Shown piece by piece: positions 14,994 to 20,000 of a stretch of 20,000 nt of DNA (the stretch's first letter is position 1; every line of letters starts with the position of its first letter). Below the pieces are notes generated by a model that was not told the DNA's origin, did not search any database, and saw only the letters and a list, made by a program, of their open reading frames with translations. The DNA comes from an uncultured virus (IMG/VR IMGVR_UViG_3300032270_000355) (taxonomy: Duplodnaviria > Heunggongvirae > Uroviricota > Caudoviricetes): IMG/VR virus record IMGVR_UViG_3300032270_000355; one strand, written 5' to 3'. The position numbers and the translations under genes are program-made.

Positions 14994-15529
14994 TCTTTTA
15001 CCCTAAATTTATATGCTATGCTTATTCTTTGATTTGTACAATATACTGATGGATCAAATGCCATGTGAGATAACTTTGAGTTAAATATAACTGCAGAGTT
15101 TGATCTCGGAAATACTGATAACATCACTCTGTTTGGATCTTCTGGTGATAAGAAGATTAAATGCCCACCATATTCTGGTTTCCAATTAGCCTGAAAGAAA
15201 TATACTATACTCCCACAGATTCCAGGTTCATCTGGTGGAACATCTGTATGTATATGTCCTGCCATTCCATGTGATTGTCCATTTGCGTAGAGACGCATTG
15301 TCTCTACTTTTGCATTTAGATAATCTTCTGTTCTGAATTTAAACAACTCTTTAATATATTCAGCTTCCATCAAGTTTTTATACCAGAATTGTCTTACCTT
15401 ATTACCTTCAAGTAAGTTATTGTTGGGACTGGCACCAAAAACCCACTCATGATTTAATAGTTCTTTGTCAACATTATCATATTCTTCTTTCGAAAAGAAA
15501 GAGTCCCACTGATTAATACCTTCTAACAT
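14990..15529 (-). CDS. 2OG-Fe(II) oxygenase inserted between nrdA and nrdB
   Basis: HTD motif, WKPEYGGHL, LSHMA and RISIAYK. Start set to ATG 15529 (SD GAGG). Confidence 0.88.
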   Translation of the reverse strand: MLEGINQWDSFFSKEEYDNVDKELLNHEWVFGASPNNNLLEGNKVRQFWYKNLMEAEYIKELFKFRTEDYLNAKVETMRLYANGQSHGMAGHIHTDVPPDEPGICGSIVYFFQANWKPEYGGHLIFLSPEDPNRVMLSVFPRSNSAVIFNSKLSHMAFDPSVYCTNQRISIAYKFRVKE

Positions 15530-15531
15530 TA

Positions 15532-17325
15532 TCAACCCTCACATGCCAAACAATCATTACCTTCTGTTAGTGCATGAAGATCAATCTCTTTGATAACCTC
15601 ACGTTCGATACGCTTGGATACTTTATCTGCTTTGGCGATTTTATCACTGCGACAGTAGTACATAGTCTTTAATCCTTGCTTCCATGCTTGGAAATGTACA
15701 GCATGGATATATTTGATATGACTATCTGGTCTGAAGAATACATTCAACGATTGTGCTTGGTCAATATATTCTTGTCTGTCGGACGCATGTTGAACGACCC
15801 AACGCTGGTCGATTTCCATAGAAGTCTTGAAAACATCTTTTGTCCAGTCTTCCATCCAATCGAGGTGCTGAACTGAACCATCATTCGCAATGATACTAGA
15901 CCATACTTCGTCTGCCCAACCTTCTTTATGATTTTTTGATTCATTCTGAATAACCACATCAAGGTAACGATTCTTGTTTAAGTGAGAACCTGAGAGAGTA
16001 TCTTGTCGATACGCATTGGCACGATAAGGTTCAATGCTAGGACTAGTATTGCCCATAAGAATGGAAGAAGAAGCATTGGGAGCAATAGCCATAAGATGAC
16101 TAAACCTATATCCAGTGCCCACACAATCTGGTGCTTCTCCACGCTCTTTACCCAATTCAATATTCGCTGCATTTAATTTCTCCCTAATAGTTTTGAAAAT
16201 CTGTTTGTTTCTACCAACAGACATCGGAGATTCCCATGGCAAATTATTCTTTTGAAGATAAGCATGCCAACCTAATGCACCAATACCAATGCTGCGTTCA
16301 CGCTGTGCAGAATACTTAGCACGTTTAATAGAAGATGGTGCATGGTCAATAAAATATTGAAGAACATTATCAAGCATCTCAGCTACATCTTTTAGGAATA
16401 AAGGATGATCTTTCCATTCATCATAGTATTCCAAATTCAATGATGACAAACAACAAACAGCTGTTCGCTTCTCATTAGTTGGAAGAATGATTTCCGAGCA
16501 GAGATTAGACTGGTTGATTTTTAATCCAAGATCCTTCAAGTGTTGAGGCATCTTACGATTCGATTCATCAATGAAGTGTAGATATGGTTCACCAGTCATC
16601 ATACGCATTTCAAGAATGCGTTGCCAGAGTTCTTTTGCAGAAACTGTTTCACGCACTTCATTAGAAGCTGGATCAACCAATTTCCAAGAATCATCAAAAT
16701 CAGAATCAAGCATTGACTTTTCAACGATTTCCATAAATGCATCTGGGATATTAATCCCATGGTGCATATTTAGAGTACGCATGTTTTGGTCGCCTGTTGG
16801 TTTACGCATCTCTAAAAAGTTGATGATGTCTGGATGGTCAATAGACAAGTAAGCAGCATAACTGCCACGACGGGTGCGACCCTGACGGTATGCCAAACTA
16901 GATGCGTCATACATTTTGAGGTGAGGCATAACTCCAGTACTTTTATCGTCAGCCGAACGAATACCAAAGCCAATCCCAACACCACCGCCCAACATACTAA
17001 GCCAATTTGTTTCAGATAGATTATCAACTAGACCCTCCGCTGTATCTTCAATATAATTAAGGAAACATGATATAGGCAGACCACGCTTGCTGCGACCAAA
17101 AGAAAGAATGGGAGTAGAATAAGAGAGCCAATGATTGCTACTGTAGTCGTATAATCTTTGCGCATGTTCTTCATTGCTCCCAAATGTTTTACTGACAAAG
17201 GCAAATCTCTCTTGTGGACTTACCTCATCATCCTTCATGTAACTTTCTTTTAATCTAATTCTACCTAACTCGTCAAACAAACTATCTCGGTTGTAGTCAA
17301 CCTTTATGCCATGCACAATTTCCAT
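15532..17325 (-). CDS. nrdA: Ribonucleotide reductase class I alpha subunit (short, no ATP cone)
   Basis: PISCF, GGGVG, RRGSYAAY, NQSNLCSEI, VCCLSS, AIAPNASSS, KTMYY and C-terminal CLACEG. Confidence 0.97.
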   Translation of the reverse strand: MEIVHGIKVDYNRDSLFDELGRIRLKESYMKDDEVSPQERFAFVSKTFGSNEEHAQRLYDYSSNHWLSYSTPILSFGRSKRGLPISCFLNYIEDTAEGLVDNLSETNWLSMLGGGVGIGFGIRSADDKSTGVMPHLKMYDASSLAYRQGRTRRGSYAAYLSIDHPDIINFLEMRKPTGDQNMRTLNMHHGINIPDAFMEIVEKSMLDSDFDDSWKLVDPASNEVRETVSAKELWQRILEMRMMTGEPYLHFIDESNRKMPQHLKDLGLKINQSNLCSEIILPTNEKRTAVCCLSSLNLEYYDEWKDHPLFLKDVAEMLDNVLQYFIDHAPSSIKRAKYSAQRERSIGIGALGWHAYLQKNNLPWESPMSVGRNKQIFKTIREKLNAANIELGKERGEAPDCVGTGYRFSHLMAIAPNASSSILMGNTSPSIEPYRANAYRQDTLSGSHLNKNRYLDVVIQNESKNHKEGWADEVWSSIIANDGSVQHLDWMEDWTKDVFKTSMEIDQRWVVQHASDRQEYIDQAQSLNVFFRPDSHIKYIHAVHFQAWKQGLKTMYYCRSDKIAKADKVSKRIEREVIKEIDLHALTEGNDCLACEG

Positions 17326-17343
17326 ATCTTGCCCTGTTATTCT

Positions 17344-18012
17344 TTATAGTTTTACTAATTCATTTGCTAGAGGAAATACCTCAGCAATAACCTTTGCGCA
17401 CTCACGTGCGACTTCTTGGTGTTCTTTTTGTGTACCATTTGCAGATCGGAGTTCGATAAAATGAATCCAGCTACGCAACGTACCATTCATGTACAAACGA
17501 GAAACAGTAAGTCCTTCTGGCAATACTGCTCTTGCTTGTTCTTTGGCAATACCATTGGTAATTGCCCAGTCATAAGCATTTCTTGCTTCTTCAATAACTC
17601 GCTTCTGTCTTTCTTCCCACCATGCAGCCAATGCTAGATTATTATTCTCAACGCTATTTTGACGATTCTTCGTATCTTGGAGTCGGGCTTCTCTGAGAAC
17701 GAAAGATAAGTCTTTGGTTGGATCTGCATATCGTTGGCTAAATTCTTGGAAAGAGAAAGATCGATGACGTAGCATTTGTCTTGCTATGTCACGAGTAGTT
17801 TCAATTTCTAAACATGCACTAACCATCTCTAGTGGTGACCAGTGTTGATGTTTAATTAAATACTTAATTAACTTCTCTGATGTCTCTGTGTTGAATTGGT
17901 TACTTGGATTGCTCACACGTGCACAGAACGCAACCAACTCCTGTACATCTACTAAACCCTCATCATACATCTCTCGAGAAGGTTTACTATAACTAATCAT
18001 TCTAACATTCAT
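17344..18012 (-). CDS. thyX: Flavin-dependent thymidylate synthase
   Basis: HWSPLE, RHRSFSFQEFSQRY, EQARAVLP and TQKEH. Start at ATG 18012 (ATGA overlap with the primase stop). Confidence 0.97.
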   Translation of the reverse strand: MNVRMISYSKPSREMYDEGLVDVQELVAFCARVSNPSNQFNTETSEKLIKYLIKHQHWSPLEMVSACLEIETTRDIARQMLRHRSFSFQEFSQRYADPTKDLSFVLREARLQDTKNRQNSVENNNLALAAWWEERQKRVIEEARNAYDWAITNGIAKEQARAVLPEGLTVSRLYMNGTLRSWIHFIELRSANGTQKEHQEVARECAKVIAEVFPLANELVKL

Positions 18013-19040
18013 ATTTTTTTCCATGTACTAAATTTAAGACTCGCTTCAATACCTGTGAAGGTATTTGTATTTATCGTCTCCAAAATCTCATCTATGGTCA
18101 TTCCGCTATGTAAAAATATATCATTTATATCTTTTTGTTGGATATGTTCTGGAAACATACAAACAGAATAACCTGCCTTTATATTTTTGTCAAGAAGTTT
18201 CACAATCTCTTTGCTTCTTGGCTCATTATCCATTATTAAAGTTGCGTTAGTAAGTAACTGCCTAATAGTAGGGGTATCAAAACTGCTTCCTGACACAGCC
18301 ACACAATTCGGTATGAAAAGCGAGTCAATTGGTCCTTCGACCACGTAAATGCGTTTGCTATAATCCAAGCGATCGAGTCCATAAATTTTCTCCTGTGTTT
18401 CATCAACCTTAATGGTATAATACTTAGGTTCTTCTTTACCGTATGCTCTGCCTTGAAAAGCAAAACACTTACCTGCTGGTGTAAAGAAAGGAATGATCAT
18501 ACGAGGATGTTCATCCTTAATTGGCTCTTGGAATTTAGCAGTCACTGAGTTAGTGAATGCTTTAAACTTCGGAGCAAAATATAGTAGACTCCAGTTTTCA
18601 CGTGGAATCTTTCGTTCGATAACATACTTAACTGCTGGGTGTGTCAGTGGTAGTTTATCAATTCTTGAGAGAGATGATAAGATATCATCTTCGAGTAAAT
18701 CTTCTGTGGGAGTTTCTAGAGTGACACTGGTATCAGCAATGTCTTTGTGATCATTGTATCTTGTTGCGCCACCTTTGTAGCGTTCAAGAACATATTCATC
18801 ATATAACTTAGTATCGACATACTTGATTAAGTTACCGAGATTGGTACTGTAACCACAGTTGTGACATTTTACGAAAAGATCTGCTTTGGCACGAAAGATG
18901 TAACCACGTGCTTTTAGTTTGTTAGTTGAACTATCTCCACACACTGGACATGAAAAGTTCCAGAGATAGTCTTTCTTCTTTGTGAAGTTCCTTAGACGAC
19001 TGCCAAGGATTTGTGCATATTTGTTATCGATGTATAGCAT
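18009..19040 (-). CDS. T4 gp61-like DNA primase
   Basis: Zn finger CPVCGDS...CHNCG, FQGR, TOPRIM motif VVEGPIDSLF, DNEPR and KDIND. Confidence 0.95.
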   Translation of the reverse strand: MLYIDNKYAQILGSRLRNFTKKKDYLWNFSCPVCGDSSTNKLKARGYIFRAKADLFVKCHNCGYSTNLGNLIKYVDTKLYDEYVLERYKGGATRYNDHKDIADTSVTLETPTEDLLEDDILSSLSRIDKLPLTHPAVKYVIERKIPRENWSLLYFAPKFKAFTNSVTAKFQEPIKDEHPRMIIPFFTPAGKCFAFQGRAYGKEEPKYYTIKVDETQEKIYGLDRLDYSKRIYVVEGPIDSLFIPNCVAVSGSSFDTPTIRQLLTNATLIMDNEPRSKEIVKLLDKNIKAGYSVCMFPEHIQQKDINDIFLHSGMTIDEILETINTNTFTGIEASLKFSTWKKI

Positions 19041-19048
19041 ATAGAGTA

Positions 19049-19077
19049 ATTATACTCCACATGCCTTTGCAAAGCAA
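19049..19077 (-). promoter_or_regulatory. Promoter TTGCTT-N17-TATAAT for the primase-thyX-nrd unit
   Basis: Minus strand reads TTGCTT tgcaaaggcatgtggag TATAAT tactctat ATG. Confidence 0.75.
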
Positions 19078-19080
19078 ACT

Positions 19081-19410
19081 TTATTTAAAAAACTTTGCTA
19101 TTAATTCAGTATGACCAATAATATAACCAATTGCAATTGCGCCACCAACAATCATCCATTTCCAGCGTTCAAGAAGATCAACACGATCTTTAATTGCATC
19201 AATTTTCTTTGACATTGCAACATGCTGTTCTTCATCACTTTCAGCAAGAGCATCAATCTTACGATCGATGTGATCCGTGATCTCTCGATTACCAGTAGTA
19301 ATGCGTGAGTGCAGTTCTTTGATGTCTTGCTTTACGGCAGCTACATCTTCTTTTATGCCTTCTACTTGTGCTTCCAATTTGGCTATTCTTTCCTGTGGTA
19401 GATTTTCCAT
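19081..19410 (-). CDS. Coiled-coil protein with a C-terminal TM (XhlA/holin-like, lysis-linked)
   Basis: Start set to ATG 19410, immediately after the o-spanin stop; ends LERWKWMIVGGAIAIGYII. Confidence 0.65.
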   Translation of the reverse strand: MENLPQERIAKLEAQVEGIKEDVAAVKQDIKELHSRITTGNREITDHIDRKIDALAESDEEQHVAMSKKIDAIKDRVDLLERWKWMIVGGAIAIGYIIGHTELIAKFFK

Positions 19411-19411
19411 G

Positions 19412-19672
19412 TTATTTGACACTCTCGAATATTTGTTTTTGTGTTTTATACCATTCAATCCAAGTGTCTACTTTAATCTGACATTCTTGATATTGACCGT
19501 AATTTTTGGAAACAACAGAAACCACTTCGCTTAGTTTCGTTGTTGGCTCGAGTAACATCAAATCTGGACAAGCAACCTTTAGTTCTTCAGGAACATCAGG
19601 AAAACTTCTCTGTACTGGTGTCGCTAAACACCCAGTTAATAATAATACAGGAACAATCAATAAAAGTTTCAT
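19412..19672 (-). CDS. Putative o-spanin (Rz1-like lipoprotein)
   Basis: Lipobox LTGC; Pro-rich mature region (FPDVPEELKVACPDL); overlaps the i-spanin stop. Confidence 0.75.
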   Translation of the reverse strand: MKLLLIVPVLLLTGCLATPVQRSFPDVPEELKVACPDLMLLEPTTKLSEVVSVVSKNYGQYQECQIKVDTWIEWYKTQKQIFESVK

Positions 19673-20000
19673 TTCACTTTCCTCTTTGCAGCTTCATTGA
19701 GGATATTAATAACTTCAGTGTCAACAGTACATTGTGAGTCAATGCGCTTCTCAACTTCTTTAATTCGTTCTTGTATTACTACTTGCGTTTCTTTCACTAT
19801 CTTAACTTTATCTACGTATACTTTTTGTATTTGAATATTGGTCTTCTTAGATTCGGCTTCAGAAGCAGCAACTTTAGTCTCTAACTCAGATACTTTATTT
19901 CTCCATGAGATTTCAGTGGCGTAACTTCCATAAAAATAAACTCCACCAACCATAAGAATAGTTCCAACAATTCTAGTAATTCCAGAATACGGAATTAGTG
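19669..20000 (-). CDS. Putative i-spanin (Rz-like), 5' end outside the window
   Basis: Frame is open to the window edge (LIPYSGITRIVGTILMVGGVYFYG), giving a TM followed by a coiled coil and a C-terminal Cys. Confidence 0.7.
   Translation of the reverse strand, partial: LIPYSGITRIVGTILMVGGVYFYGSYATEISWRNKVSELETKVAASEAESKKTNIQIQKVYVDKVKIVKETQVVIQERIKEVEKRIDSQCTVDTEVINILNEAAKRKVK

Noticed and set aside
19070..19078. T4 MotA box (TTTGCTTT) middle promoter
   Set aside because: Spacing to TATAAT fits a sigma70 -35 (17 bp) rather than the shorter MotA-box spacing; kept only as a remark.
19411..19458. N-terminal extension of the 125-aa ORF, and similar long starts at 787, 4770, 5418, 15535 and 18024
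   Set aside because: Downstream ATGs give standard stop/start coupling, whereas the longer starts overlap upstream genes needlessly.
860..19737. All plus-strand ORFs in the supplied track
   Set aside because: They are antisense shadows of well-supported minus-strand genes, with no recognisable motifs, and the minus strand is already fully tiled.
1..20000. tRNA, rRNA or structured ncRNA genes
   Set aside because: Intergenic gaps are very short, and the two larger ones (1867-1947 and 3722-3868) are explained by promoters, palindromes and a terminator; no cloverleaf was seen.

Overview
AT-rich (roughly 37-38% GC by eye), densely packed segment with essentially all real genes on the minus strand. 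It is most consistent with a large T4-like phage of a Gram-negative, probably proteobacterial, host. In transcription order (right to left): spanin pair and a holin/XhlA-like membrane protein; gp61-like primase, thyX, nrdA, a 2OG-Fe(II) oxygenase, nrdB, a Zn-ribbon peptide and a GIY-YIG nuclease; an ~8 kb block of uncharacterised membrane/exported proteins, including a 777-aa protein with nine tandem 22-aa two-Cys repeats and two paralogous 'MDP' proteins, ending in an exported non-specific nuclease; iscU plus an ErpA/IscA-type carrier; a lipoprotein and a BPL_N-like amidotransferase; an early-promoter cluster of small genes (acidic peptides, MazG-like, ArfA-like peptide, WYL_2-like); a large hypothetical, a second 2OG-Fe(II) oxygenase and the start of a probable RNase H gene. 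Most notable: (1) the exported Cys-repeat envelope module; (2) a probable overprinted +1-frame gene with its own strong Shine-Dalgarno and a local GC spike inside the 388-aa membrane gene; (3) a 47-aa ArfA-like peptide missing from the ORF track; (4) a spaced palindrome upstream of both early promoters, plus an IHF consensus upstream of one of them. All family calls come from motif recognition by eye; no searches were run.
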